Shown here: positions 1 through 8,258 of the stretch, one piece after another
Position numbering within the stretch: the first letter of the stretch is position 1
Layout of the letters: every line of letters starts with the position of its first letter
Origin: a virus
Taxonomy: Duplodnaviria; Caudoviricetes
Virus record (IMG/VR): IMGVR_UViG_3300037465_000468
Span: 1 to 27,541 of that record
Reading direction: 5' to 3' (one strand)
DNA: 27,541 bases
Made by a program: the position numbers and the translations under genes
The notes under the pieces: generated by a model
Database searches by the model: none
Told to the model about the DNA's origin: nothing
Seen by the model: the letters and a program-made list of their open reading frames with translations, nothing else

Positions 1-376
1 CCTTGATCCCTGCACCCGTCATCTGGAGCAGGATGGGGCTGTCCGCGATCACCGCGCGCAGCCGCTCGTCGCTGAACTCCCGCATCTGCGTGTTCGAGGC
101 CGTGACGTACAGAAGTCGCAGGTAGGGAATGAGGTTCGCCAGCGAGAGGAAGAGGTTGCCGACCGTTGTCGATTTTCCACTTTGGCGGCCCGTCACCAGC
201 AGCAGCTTGCGCCGCTGGATCCCGACAGGGCTCTCGGAGGCCGTGAAGTTGTAGATCGTGGGGAGCCAGGGCCATCGCCGGAGGTCGATGGGCTGCCCCT
301 TCAGCCGGATGGCGAACTGGGTGAACTCCAGCGGGGTAAAGTCAAGCTCGGGCTCTATGACTGCTGCCTTGGACAT
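1..376 (-). CDS. terL: Terminase large subunit, N-terminal ATPase part (lambda gpA-like); runs off the window edge
   Basis: Not in the ORF track because it is open-ended. Manual translation from ATG 376: MSKAAVIEPELDFTPLEFTQFAIRLKGQPIDLRRWPWLPTIYN...RKLLLVTGRQSGKSTT...LRLLYVTASNTQMREFSDERLRAVIADSPIL. GRQSGKST is a TerL-type Walker A, and LYV..S....EFS.ERL...I..SP resembles gpA-family terminases. A portal gene lies in the same module. Confidence 0.85.
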   Translation of the reverse strand, partial: MSKAAVIEPELDFTPLEFTQFAIRLKGQPIDLRRWPWLPTIYNFTASESPVGIQRRKLLLVTGRQSGKSTTVGNLFLSLANLIPYLRLLYVTASNTQMREFSDERLRAVIADSPILLQMTGAGIK

Positions 377-404
377 CACTCCTCTTCTGCGGACCCTCTC
401 GAAA

Positions 405-695
405 GTGAGCAACGGGAGGGTACTGGCTGCCGCGGACGTCTCGTCCGAGGGGGATCTTACCCTCGCGCGAATCCCGGTGCGGTTTCCCAACCCCGGGGAC
501 AAGAAGGACGTCGCGCTGAGGAACCACGCGCGAGACTGGCTCAGGCTCCAGCGCAAAGACCTCGGCGTGGACACTCGCTTCGAGAAGCTGCCCGCGGGAG
601 TCGTCTACGCGCAGGGCGAAGAGGAGACTCCCGTGCAGGCGATGCTCGTGCTCTCCTGGTGGCCGAAGCCGGAGGAGTCCCTACCTCGTCAGTAG
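405..695 (+). CDS. Hypothetical protein (~96 aa), antisense to the structural module
   Basis: 3' part of ORF 258..695. GTG 405 is the first start that avoids overlapping terL. Third codon positions are G/C-rich, it fills an otherwise empty gap, and it overlaps the convergent gene by 7 nt. Confidence 0.55.
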   Translation: MSNGRVLAAADVSSEGDLTLARIPVRFPNPGDKKDVALRNHARDWLRLQRKDLGVDTRFEKLPAGVVYAQGEEETPVQAMLVLSWWPKPEESLPRQ

Positions 696-1060
696 CGACC
701 CGTTCTCCGAGCTTTGGCGATGTCGCGCTTGAGGAGCCACTCCTGAAACGCCCCCGAGATGCCCTCCTGCTTGCGAGCCCTGGCGATCTGCTCGGCGGCA
801 ATCCGGCCGAACTGGTGTCGTTCCAGCTTTGGTGTGACCCCCATGGAGCCCAGCAGTTGGGCCTCACTGGCCAAGGTGGAGCCTACCGTTCGAGACGGAC
901 CCACTTGCCCTGGACCGCGACCTCCGTAGCTGATGAACTTCTTCAGGGGCCTTGGAAGTCCTGCGACCTTCTCCAACGCCTCGACGACGTTGTCGTCGGG
1001 CGAGATCGAGGGGTCAGGGAGAGAGAGAGAGAGAGGAACTCGTTGACGGTCATGGATCAC
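689..1060 (-). CDS. Hypothetical basic protein, possibly head-internal (LEKVAG motif); true start may be ATG 1053 with a frameshift in the (GA)8 tract
   Basis: 123-aa ORF from GTG 1060. Codons before the repeat are atypical (CAT CGT CAA CGA GTT CCT), whereas ATG 1053 gives typical codons (ATG ACC GTC AAC GAG TTC) and has GGGGTGA just upstream. Confidence 0.6.
   Translation of the reverse strand: MIHDRQRVPLSLSLPDPSISPDDNVVEALEKVAGLPRPLKKFISYGGRGPGQVGPSRTVGSTLASEAQLLGSMGVTPKLERHQFGRIAAEQIARARKQEGISGAFQEWLLKRDIAKARRTGRY
1019..1034. repeat. (GA)8 / (TC)8 dinucleotide microsatellite inside the 5' end of a CDS
   Basis: The sequence reads cagg-(ga)8-ggaactc. Confidence 0.95.
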
Positions 1061-1431
1061 CCCACGGCGAAGTCGGTGGCGTCGTAGATCACGAACCAGG
1101 AGTTGTTGCCATCCTGGCCCATGCTCTTGATGTCGGAGGAGTCGATGGGGTCTCGCGCGATGCGGTAGCGGACGTCCACCAGGTTCTGCGAGAGGTTGGA
1201 GTCCAACGTGATCTGCGTCTCGCTGTCCACGGAGGACACGAGGAAGGTCCCCTCGGACGCGATGTAGACGGTGTCGCCCGCCACCACACCGGAGGTCTGG
1301 AAGGTTGCGCTGGCGTCGGTGAAGATCGCGCTACCGGAGCTTCCGTTTCCGGTGGTTCCGGTGACGACCTCCGTCCCGCGCAGGAACTCCACCAGTTGCT
1401 GGAGCCTCGTGAACGTCCGACCTACGAGCAT
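1057..1431 (-). CDS. Putative virion structural protein (beta-rich, T/S/G-rich, 124 aa)
   Basis: AAGGAG RBS lies 7 nt before ATG 1431. FTDASATFQTSGVVAGDTVYI...FLVSSVDSETQITLD resembles beta-sandwich modules of phage tail and baseplate proteins (pattern recognition only). Confidence 0.6.
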   Translation of the reverse strand: MLVGRTFTRLQQLVEFLRGTEVVTGTTGNGSSGSAIFTDASATFQTSGVVAGDTVYIASEGTFLVSSVDSETQITLDSNLSQNLVDVRYRIARDPIDSSDIKSMGQDGNNSWFVIYDATDFAVG

Positions 1432-1849
1432 GGGCACGCTCCTTCACTGCCGCATCGATGCAGGAGAATACCTCGTTCTTGAGGAACCTGTCAGCCATCG
1501 GGTTCGAGGCCCACCCGACGACGCGCACGTAGAACGTGGGCAGGGGCTCGCTCTCCTCGTTCGGGTCCTGCCCGAAGCGGAGGATGGCCGCAGCCTCCTG
1601 GCGGTCCGTGTAGTCCGCGCGCACGTCCGCGGTCGGGGGCAGGACTGCCTTGAACCCGATCTCCAGGTCCAGCCCGAAGTCGGGCGGGAAGTCCCGCTCG
1701 CCCTTGCGCGGCCAGAAGTGGTAGATGACGTCGTCCCCGTTCTCGGTGAACTCGACCTCGAAGCTCTCGAAGACCTTCTTCGAGAAGTTCAGGACGAAGT
1801 CAGCGAGGGACGGGGAACTGCTTGACCTTTCCATCGTCTGTGGCTCCAT
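1331..1849 (-). CDS. Hypothetical protein (172 aa)
   Basis: Typical codon bias and a globular-looking core. A purine-rich run precedes ATG 1849. The C-terminal ~33 codons overlap the next gene. Confidence 0.7.
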   Translation of the reverse strand: MEPQTMERSSSSPSLADFVLNFSKKVFESFEVEFTENGDDVIYHFWPRKGERDFPPDFGLDLEIGFKAVLPPTADVRADYTDRQEAAAILRFGQDPNEESEPLPTFYVRVVGWASNPMADRFLKNEVFSCIDAAVKERAHARRSDVHEAPATGGVPARDGGRHRNHRKRKLR

Positions 1850-2681
1850 CTTCTTCCTCCGGTTCTCGTTCTTGTAGCTCGTCGATGGAGACGATCTCGG
1901 GTGGGGCGGTGGTCCTCATCTTGAAGGCCACCGCCTCCTTCCTGACCTCGTCCATCATCGAGCCACCCACAGCACGTAGCTCGTCCCGGGCCTGGATGGC
2001 GTCAATCGCCTGCCGCGAGAGCGCGGCGAGGCCCATGAGCTTGTTTCCCTCCAGGAGTCCTCCCGCTTGCCGGGCGGCGTTGACCTGCTGATGCGCAAGC
2101 GCGATGACGTTGTCGTAGAAGGACTCGGCCTGGACGCGCTGGCGGAGGCCGAGGAGGCCGTATGCCTTCGCGATGTCCCCCTGGACGATGGGGACGAGCG
2201 CGACGCGCTCCTGGCTCGCGCGCAGGAAGGAGAACACACCCTCCCGGCTCACGACCCCGAGGTTCCAGAAGTAGTAGCGGAACCGCTCGAGGATCTGGAC
2301 GGACGGGACGAGTTCCTCCGGGTACTTCACGCACAGCTCGTCCCGAGCGGCCTCGACATCCGGACGCGCGAGGACGAGAGCCTCGAAGTCCCGTCGGATG
2401 GTGTCCGAGTAGAGGAAGCGGCAGGCTTCCTCGCTGAGAGGGTCCGGCCTCCACATCTCCAGGATGCCGACCTCCCGCAGCCACCGCTTGAAGCTGGACG
2501 TGGCCCTGGACCAGTCCGAGACCCAGGAGGGCGGGACGGGTCCGAGCGCGATGGCGAGGGCGCGCAGGTCCACGTCGTTCGGGGGCATGAGGAGCTTCGA
2601 CTCGCACTCCGCCATGATCTCGAAGGGCCGAAGCTGCTTGCTCAGCAGGTACAGCAGGTACTGGCGGTGCGGGTACTCCAT
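1800..2681 (-). CDS. Hypothetical helical protein (293 aa)
   Basis: Long ORF with strong GC3 bias, co-oriented with its neighbours, with an acidic C-terminal region. No recognisable motif. Confidence 0.8.
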   Translation of the reverse strand: MEYPHRQYLLYLLSKQLRPFEIMAECESKLLMPPNDVDLRALAIALGPVPPSWVSDWSRATSSFKRWLREVGILEMWRPDPLSEEACRFLYSDTIRRDFEALVLARPDVEAARDELCVKYPEELVPSVQILERFRYYFWNLGVVSREGVFSFLRASQERVALVPIVQGDIAKAYGLLGLRQRVQAESFYDNVIALAHQQVNAARQAGGLLEGNKLMGLAALSRQAIDAIQARDELRAVGGSMMDEVRKEAVAFKMRTTAPPEIVSIDELQEREPEEEDGATDDGKVKQFPVPR

Positions 2682-2713
2682 CTGCTCATGGGAAGTCGGG
2701 GATTTCTATATCC

Positions 2714-4681
2714 CTACTGGATCTTGGCCTGGACCTCGCGCAGGCCTTCGATCACGGTGGAGAGCTGGGTGAGCGCGTTCTTGGCCGCGCTCTCCTTCAC
2801 GTCGTCCATTCCGAGGCGGGAGGCGACGAGGATCTCCGCGAGCCGGCTGGAGACCTTCTCCAACTCGGGCAGGTAGTCCACGTAGACGGCCACGTTCTCG
2901 GGCGTCACGAAGCCCAGCGAGAGGATCGCGTCGCAGGTCTCCTTGTCGATGAGGACCGACGCCTCCTTGACGAGGTCCACGCGCAGGTCGGGGACCTTCT
3001 TCACCGCTCCCGCCGACTTGACGAGGAAGGCGGCCTGGAGCGCCTCCTCGGGGAGCACTGCGCGGCTGTGGGGGATGGTCACCCGTCCCTCGCTCGCCGC
3101 CTTCTCCATGAGGGGCTTCATCTGCTTCGGCGCGACGCCCAGCGCGCCCAGCGCGAACTCTGCATCCGCCCGGTCGAGGCTCCGACCGGCGAACGCGTCG
3201 TGGGCGTTGGCGCCCGACAGCCAGTAGTTGTCGGGGTCGTTGGAGTGCAGGATGACCTCCTCGCGCCTGCTCGCCACCTTCTCCAGCTGAGCGAGCCCGA
3301 CGTGCTCGGGGCTGTCCGCGACCCGGACCTGCTTGCCCTCGATGGGCATGAAGACGAGCCCGGTCGGAAGCGCGTAGTGGCCCTGGCCGATCTGCGCGAG
3401 CTTCTTCAGGCCGGGGACCACGTCGAGCCGCAGGTCCTCGCCGGTCGTCAGCCGCTTGGCGACGTAACCGGCGATCTTCTCCTTGCCGTGGGTCACCTCG
3501 ACGCGGGAGAGGACCTCCACTGGCTCCGTTGCCACTGCCATCGGCCCGGTCTGGTAGACGAAGACACCCTTGCCATGGGGCTCCAGCGGTCCGAGGATCA
3601 CGTCCTCCTTGAAGATGCCCGCGACCTTCTCCTGCATCGCATGCGACGTGGGACCCGCGAAGACCTGGAGGTCCAGGGGCTTCCCCTCCAAGGACACGAC
3701 GCGCGGTACGACCACGCCCTCCAGGCGGGAGGTTCCCGAGCAGGTCTCGTACACCCCTAGGCGGTCCGCGGCCTGCGCGGTCTTCTCGGCAGGCCCGGCA
3801 GGGATGGCGGGGTCCACGACCAGCGTGACGCGCCCGGTCGCGGTGAGCTTCGCCATCGCCTCCTTCGAGAGGACCTTCTCGACCTCGAAGCGGCTCACCA
3901 CCTGCTCGGTTGGCGAGAAGCACTTGTGGTTCGCGGTCTTGATGAGGTAGCCGTTCCCGGACTCCACGAACTGGACGACCGTCGGCTTGAGGGTCGCCTG
4001 CCGCGTCCCTCGGATGTCCGACGCGGTGACCTCCTTGTGCTCGACGAGGTCCTCGACGAAGGGTCGCAGCTCGTCCCGCCCCAGGAAGGAGAAGCGCAGG
4101 TAGTCGTCCTTGCGGAGGCGCTCCTTGAAGGCTTCCACGTCGCCCTGTCGGAAGGTCGCGCTCGCGGTCTTCCAGAGGGAGCGCGCCGACGAGGACTTCT
4201 CGATGGTGTTGGGCGACGAGTACCGCATGTCGTTGCCCGGCGGCCACATCTGGTGCGAGATGTCGGTTGCACCGAACTGGCCGACAGGGGCCGACCTGTC
4301 GAAGACTCCCGGTTGGAAGAGGACCTCCTGGACCTTCCTCTCGTCCAGGGGATGCCAGGTCCCACGGTGCGAGTAGACGTCGAGCGGAGCCATCTCCCGC
4401 TCACGCACGATGACCGGTACCGCGACGAGGCGGTTCCCCGCCAGGGCCGCCTGCTTCTCCATGCGCGCGGGGTAGACGAGCAGGCGACCGACGGCGTAGC
4501 CGCGAGCTGCGTCGACGCGCTGGAGTTCGAGGTCCGTCTCGAAGGACCGGAGGAACGGGAGCTGGCGATACGCCTCGCCTACGATCTCGGCAGGCCACTC
4601 CTCGGCCTCCTTCTCCAGGCGGGAGGCGGTCGCGACCTTCACGAACGGGAGCTTGGGCTTGGTGAAGAGGGGGGCTTCCAT
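2714..4681 (-). CDS. Large hypothetical protein (655 aa), probably virion or prohead-associated; K-x-A rich
   Basis: GAGGAG RBS. By hand count, 15 of 41 lysines are in K-x-A context (KVAT, KEAE, KQAA, KTAS, KTAQ, KVAG, KIAG, KVAS, KAAS, KEAS and others). It lies in the structural module. Confidence 0.8.
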   Translation of the reverse strand: MEAPLFTKPKLPFVKVATASRLEKEAEEWPAEIVGEAYRQLPFLRSFETDLELQRVDAARGYAVGRLLVYPARMEKQAALAGNRLVAVPVIVREREMAPLDVYSHRGTWHPLDERKVQEVLFQPGVFDRSAPVGQFGATDISHQMWPPGNDMRYSSPNTIEKSSSARSLWKTASATFRQGDVEAFKERLRKDDYLRFSFLGRDELRPFVEDLVEHKEVTASDIRGTRQATLKPTVVQFVESGNGYLIKTANHKCFSPTEQVVSRFEVEKVLSKEAMAKLTATGRVTLVVDPAIPAGPAEKTAQAADRLGVYETCSGTSRLEGVVVPRVVSLEGKPLDLQVFAGPTSHAMQEKVAGIFKEDVILGPLEPHGKGVFVYQTGPMAVATEPVEVLSRVEVTHGKEKIAGYVAKRLTTGEDLRLDVVPGLKKLAQIGQGHYALPTGLVFMPIEGKQVRVADSPEHVGLAQLEKVASRREEVILHSNDPDNYWLSGANAHDAFAGRSLDRADAEFALGALGVAPKQMKPLMEKAASEGRVTIPHSRAVLPEEALQAAFLVKSAGAVKKVPDLRVDLVKEASVLIDKETCDAILSLGFVTPENVAVYVDYLPELEKVSSRLAEILVASRLGMDDVKESAAKNALTQLSTVIEGLREVQAKIQ

Positions 4682-4683
4682 GT

Positions 4684-5862
4684 CTACTCCTCGTAGAGGT
4701 CGTCGTACATCGCGGAGAGGCGTTCCGCCTGGGTCGTGGTTTCGGCCGGGGGCGCAAAGCCAGTAACCAGGCTCATGAAGTTCTCCAGGTGGGAGAGGGG
4801 ATCGTCCGCCGTTGTGACCACGACGACTCCCGCAACGATACCATCCGAGCCGAAGTCGGGGGCATTCTCAGCTCCCCTCGCGCGGTTGACGAAGTTCGCA
4901 AAGCCTCCCCCCGGTTCCTCGGGCATGGGGAGAAAGATGATGTAGGAGTCGTTCAGCACGTTGACCAGAGAGGCCAGCGTGTCGATGACGCCCTGCAACT
5001 CCTCCGCGATGGACGAGAGCAGGTCGGCCTTCTGCGCGAGCAGGCTGGCGAGCCGGGCGAGGAGGTCCGCTGCATCCCCAGGTTGCCGCATCCCGTCGAT
5101 GAGCCTGCGCAACTCGTCGAAGAGGGTCTGCACGGGAGGGATGAGGGAAGCGATTGGGATGGAGGCCCAGATCGGGAGGTTCCCGGGGCGTGGGACGTAG
5201 GTCTCTGGGTCCGCGAAGCCCTCGAAGCCCTCGCGCACGGCGATGAGGCTGTGCATGAGGTCGTCGGACAATGCCTGCCCCAGCTTGAGGAGCGGCTTGG
5301 AGTCGTCGTCCAGGGACTTCAGGTGCCGGGCCATGTCGAGGAGGTTCTTGAGGTCCTCGAAGTCGGTGAAGAGGTCGTAGAGGCTCTTCAGCACATCGAT
5401 GCTGTCCCCGGCGGCCACCCCGTTCACGATGATCATTCCCCCGACGGTGGTCTCGGAGTCGGTGACGGGGCGGAAGACGTTGGTCTCGTCGTAGGCCGAG
5501 GCGTTCACGTCATCGAGCCAGCCGCTCACGCCAGTCCCCCGATACGGGAGGAGGTTGTCCTGCGTGAAGTCGGGGTCGAAGCGCCACTCCGTGTCGAGGT
5601 TCAGGTTCAGGTGGACGGCGATGGCGACGTTGGTCTGGAGGAAGTCGAGGACTGACTGCTCCAGTACGTTGACGAGGCCCTGGAGCAGCGCCTTGACGGG
5701 ATCCGTGTCCGCTGCGAAGAAGGCGGAGAGCACGCGGAGGGCCGTCGCCACGGCGTCCAGGAAAGCTGCGACAGTCTCCAGTATCTCCGCGTTGATCGTC
5801 GTCGTGGCGCCCTCGATCGCGGAGAAGTCGAGGACTTCAAGCTGGGTCCACTGGTCCGCCAC
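4684..5862 (-). CDS. Hypothetical acidic helical protein (392 aa), likely baseplate or tail-associated
   Basis: AAGGAG RBS before the GTG start. Amphipathic helices; lies downstream of the spike gene. The function is inferred from position only. Confidence 0.75.
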   Translation of the reverse strand: MADQWTQLEVLDFSAIEGATTTINAEILETVAAFLDAVATALRVLSAFFAADTDPVKALLQGLVNVLEQSVLDFLQTNVAIAVHLNLNLDTEWRFDPDFTQDNLLPYRGTGVSGWLDDVNASAYDETNVFRPVTDSETTVGGMIIVNGVAAGDSIDVLKSLYDLFTDFEDLKNLLDMARHLKSLDDDSKPLLKLGQALSDDLMHSLIAVREGFEGFADPETYVPRPGNLPIWASIPIASLIPPVQTLFDELRRLIDGMRQPGDAADLLARLASLLAQKADLLSSIAEELQGVIDTLASLVNVLNDSYIIFLPMPEEPGGGFANFVNRARGAENAPDFGSDGIVAGVVVVTTADDPLSHLENFMSLVTGFAPPAETTTQAERLSAMYDDLYEE

Positions 5863-6028
5863 CCTGCTTCTCCTTCAGCCGATTGGACATCTCCCGGAGC
5901 TTCTCGGCCTGCTCGCGGAGCACCGCCGCTTGGCCCTCGATCTTCTCCTTGACGCCCTCCAGGGACGAGAGTCGCTGACGGATCTCCTTGGCGAAGCCCT
6001 GGCCACGCTGCCAGCCCTGCGGCCTCAC
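5837..6028 (-). CDS. Small coiled-coil protein (63 aa)
   Basis: 3' part of ORF 5837..6412. GTG 6028 overlaps the upstream TGA (GTGA coupling). Translation MRPQGWQRGQGFAKEIRQRLSSLEGVKEKIEGQAAVLREQAEKLREMSNRLKEKQ has a heptad pattern. Confidence 0.6.
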   Translation of the reverse strand: MRPQGWQRGQGFAKEIRQRLSSLEGVKEKIEGQAAVLREQAEKLREMSNRLKEKQGGGPVDPA

Positions 6029-6708
6029 AGGATCGACCCGGTGCCGACTTCTGCCGCCGCGGTGGGGACCGAGGCGTTGCCGACGTACGCGATGGTGGCC
6101 GCGATGGACGAGAACCCCAGAGCCAACTGCTTGGCGTACGCCGGCAACCTCGCTGCGAGTGTGGGATTCACGGTCGCTCCGGGAACATCGTCCGTACCAA
6201 AGTAGCCCGAAGCCGTGAACGATGCGGGCAGGGCTGCATTGAGGGCGGCTTCCATCGATGCTGCGAGGTTGGGATTCGCGCCTGCCGTGATCCCCGTTCC
6301 CGTCCCCACGAGTCGCGCGGGGTTCATCTGGAGCCTGCCGATCAGGCTGGCCCCGCTGAGGACCGACCGGACGACGACGGAGGCGAACTTCGCTCCTGAC
6401 ACCCCCGTCCACTCCTGGTCGAGCGCGAGCCCCCCGGCAGCCGCCGTCGCCCCCGGGAAGGTGAACGGGACCGGGATGGGCGGCAGCCCAGGGATGATGT
6501 CCGCGGTGCCGGCTACAGCCGCCTGGATGGTCATCGACCGGGCTGCCTCGACGAACGCCTCGCAGAGCGCGGAGAGGAACTGCTCGGGCACGTTGTGAAC
6601 CGGCACCCCCGTCTCGGGATTGCTCCGCACCGCGTCCACCGCGGTCGGGAAGAAGGCGAGGTGGTCGGCGAAGACCAGGGGGAGCAGGGCCTGCGCGGAG
6701 AGGCCCAT
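6025..6708 (-). CDS. Ala/Gly-rich putative baseplate or spike-associated structural protein (227 aa)
   Basis: Coupled to the spike gene by a TGATG overlap at 6708. Composition is typical of virion proteins. Confidence 0.7.
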   Translation of the reverse strand: MGLSAQALLPLVFADHLAFFPTAVDAVRSNPETGVPVHNVPEQFLSALCEAFVEAARSMTIQAAVAGTADIIPGLPPIPVPFTFPGATAAAGGLALDQEWTGVSGAKFASVVVRSVLSGASLIGRLQMNPARLVGTGTGITAGANPNLAASMEAALNAALPASFTASGYFGTDDVPGATVNPTLAARLPAYAKQLALGFSSIAATIAYVGNASVPTAAAEVGTGSIL

Positions 6709-8258
6709 CAGGTCGGGTCCGACACGAAGGTGGAGACGAGGCCGACTGGAGACGGGATCCCGCCCGCCACGACGGACGAGGCCCCGAGGATCGGGGCTCC
6801 CGTCACGTAGTCCACCGGATGGGTCGTGGTCGTGACGACCGCCCCACGGCCAGCGGGAAGCCCCAGCGCGACGGTGCCGACAAGGTCGACCGTCATTTCA
6901 CCGGCCGGTGTGCTGACGGAGACGCCCGTGCCGTTGACCTCGACCTTGGTCTTGGCCGCCGTCTCCAGGATCACGGTGCCGGTCGGCTTCACCGTCACGG
7001 AAGCCACGGCGAGGCCGGAGGAGGGCCCAACGCTGATCTTGATCTTCCCGGTCACGTCGTGGACGTGGATCTCCCCCACCGCAACGGTGACGTCGTAGCC
7101 GACATCGTCCACCTGGCTGTTGCCGACGTGAAGCGTGTATCTGCCACCGACGACCTCGTGCCTCCCCTTGCCGACGTGGCTGTTCTTCTCCTCCGCGACG
7201 GTCTCCTCCGACGAACCGGTGACGGACTGCTGGACGAGTCCCTCCACCTCCGTCGTCCAGGATCCCTTGATCTTCTCGGTGACCTGCCCCGTCGTCCGGA
7301 TGACGGAGCCCGAGATGGTCTCCTCCAGATTCCCCGAGAGCTTCGTCACTCGGTTGCGCGCCGAGAGGTAGTCGTCCTGCAGCACCTCGGTGTAGCGGGA
7401 GCCCAGCCGGGAGCGAAACTGCCCGATGACCTGGGCGGTCCTGGACTTGTTGTACCGCTCGTTGACCGGACCGTTGTGCTCCGTCGTGCAGGTTCCGTGG
7501 ATGTACCGCATGACGTTCCCGCCCTTGTCCACGTACAGGCGGAAGTTCTGCTGCTGGCGTCTCGTCCCGAAGCCCCCGATGACGAGGCTCGCGATGACCT
7601 GGTCCGAGAGACCTCCCACGAGCTTCTGTCCATCCTCCTCCTTGATGCGCCCAAGCTTGAGGTTGATGACCGACTCCTCCCCCGTGAACTCCTTGATCTG
7701 CAGCGAGAACTCGGCGGGGGTCTTCGTGCCTCCACCATGAGCCTCATCTCCGCGGCGGGTCGTCCAGGAGAGGGAACCACCCGTTGTGACCAGTTCGTAG
7801 TTCTGGCAGAAGTCCCGGATGAAGTTCCCCAGCTCCGTCAGGGGGATGTACAGCCGTTGGCAGGTCTGCGACCCCCCGACCTCGAGCACCCCGCCCTTGC
7901 GCATGACGATGAAGTTCCCGTCCGAGGAGGAGGCCACCATCTGGTCCCCCTCGTTGAGCACGGGCCGGGATTGGCGGTAGTCGTCTTGCGCGTCCTCGTC
8001 CTCGGCCTGCTCCTTGGGAAGCGCACAGCCGCCCATGAGGAAGGGCGTGTGAGAGTCTGAGGGCTGGCAGAGGTAGACGATGCTGTTCGCCTCCGGCATC
8101 CAGAAGGAGCCCTGCCCCGAAGAGCCGACGTAGCCGGTCTGGATGGGGATCCCTGTGAAGTGCTCGTTGTTCTCCCCGACCACGTCCACAGTGAACCGCG
8201 TCCTGTCCACGGACAGGACGCGGGCTTTGAAGACCTGGGCTGGCTCCCGCCTCCTCAC
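6708..8258 (-). CDS. Baseplate central spike protein, gp5/gpV/VgrG-like (516 aa)
   Basis: N-terminal OB-fold-like segment (ARVLSVDRTRFTVDV...GQGSFWMPEANSIVYL). C-terminal ~8-residue beta-helix repeats (EETISGSV, TEKIKGSW, TTEVEGLV, QQSVTGSS, NSHVGKGR, HEVVGGRY, TLHVGNSQ). This implies a contractile tail. Confidence 0.75.
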   Translation of the reverse strand: MRRREPAQVFKARVLSVDRTRFTVDVVGENNEHFTGIPIQTGYVGSSGQGSFWMPEANSIVYLCQPSDSHTPFLMGGCALPKEQAEDEDAQDDYRQSRPVLNEGDQMVASSSDGNFIVMRKGGVLEVGGSQTCQRLYIPLTELGNFIRDFCQNYELVTTGGSLSWTTRRGDEAHGGGTKTPAEFSLQIKEFTGEESVINLKLGRIKEEDGQKLVGGLSDQVIASLVIGGFGTRRQQQNFRLYVDKGGNVMRYIHGTCTTEHNGPVNERYNKSRTAQVIGQFRSRLGSRYTEVLQDDYLSARNRVTKLSGNLEETISGSVIRTTGQVTEKIKGSWTTEVEGLVQQSVTGSSEETVAEEKNSHVGKGRHEVVGGRYTLHVGNSQVDDVGYDVTVAVGEIHVHDVTGKIKISVGPSSGLAVASVTVKPTGTVILETAAKTKVEVNGTGVSVSTPAGEMTVDLVGTVALGLPAGRGAVVTTTTHPVDYVTGAPILGASSVVAGGIPSPVGLVSTFVSDPT

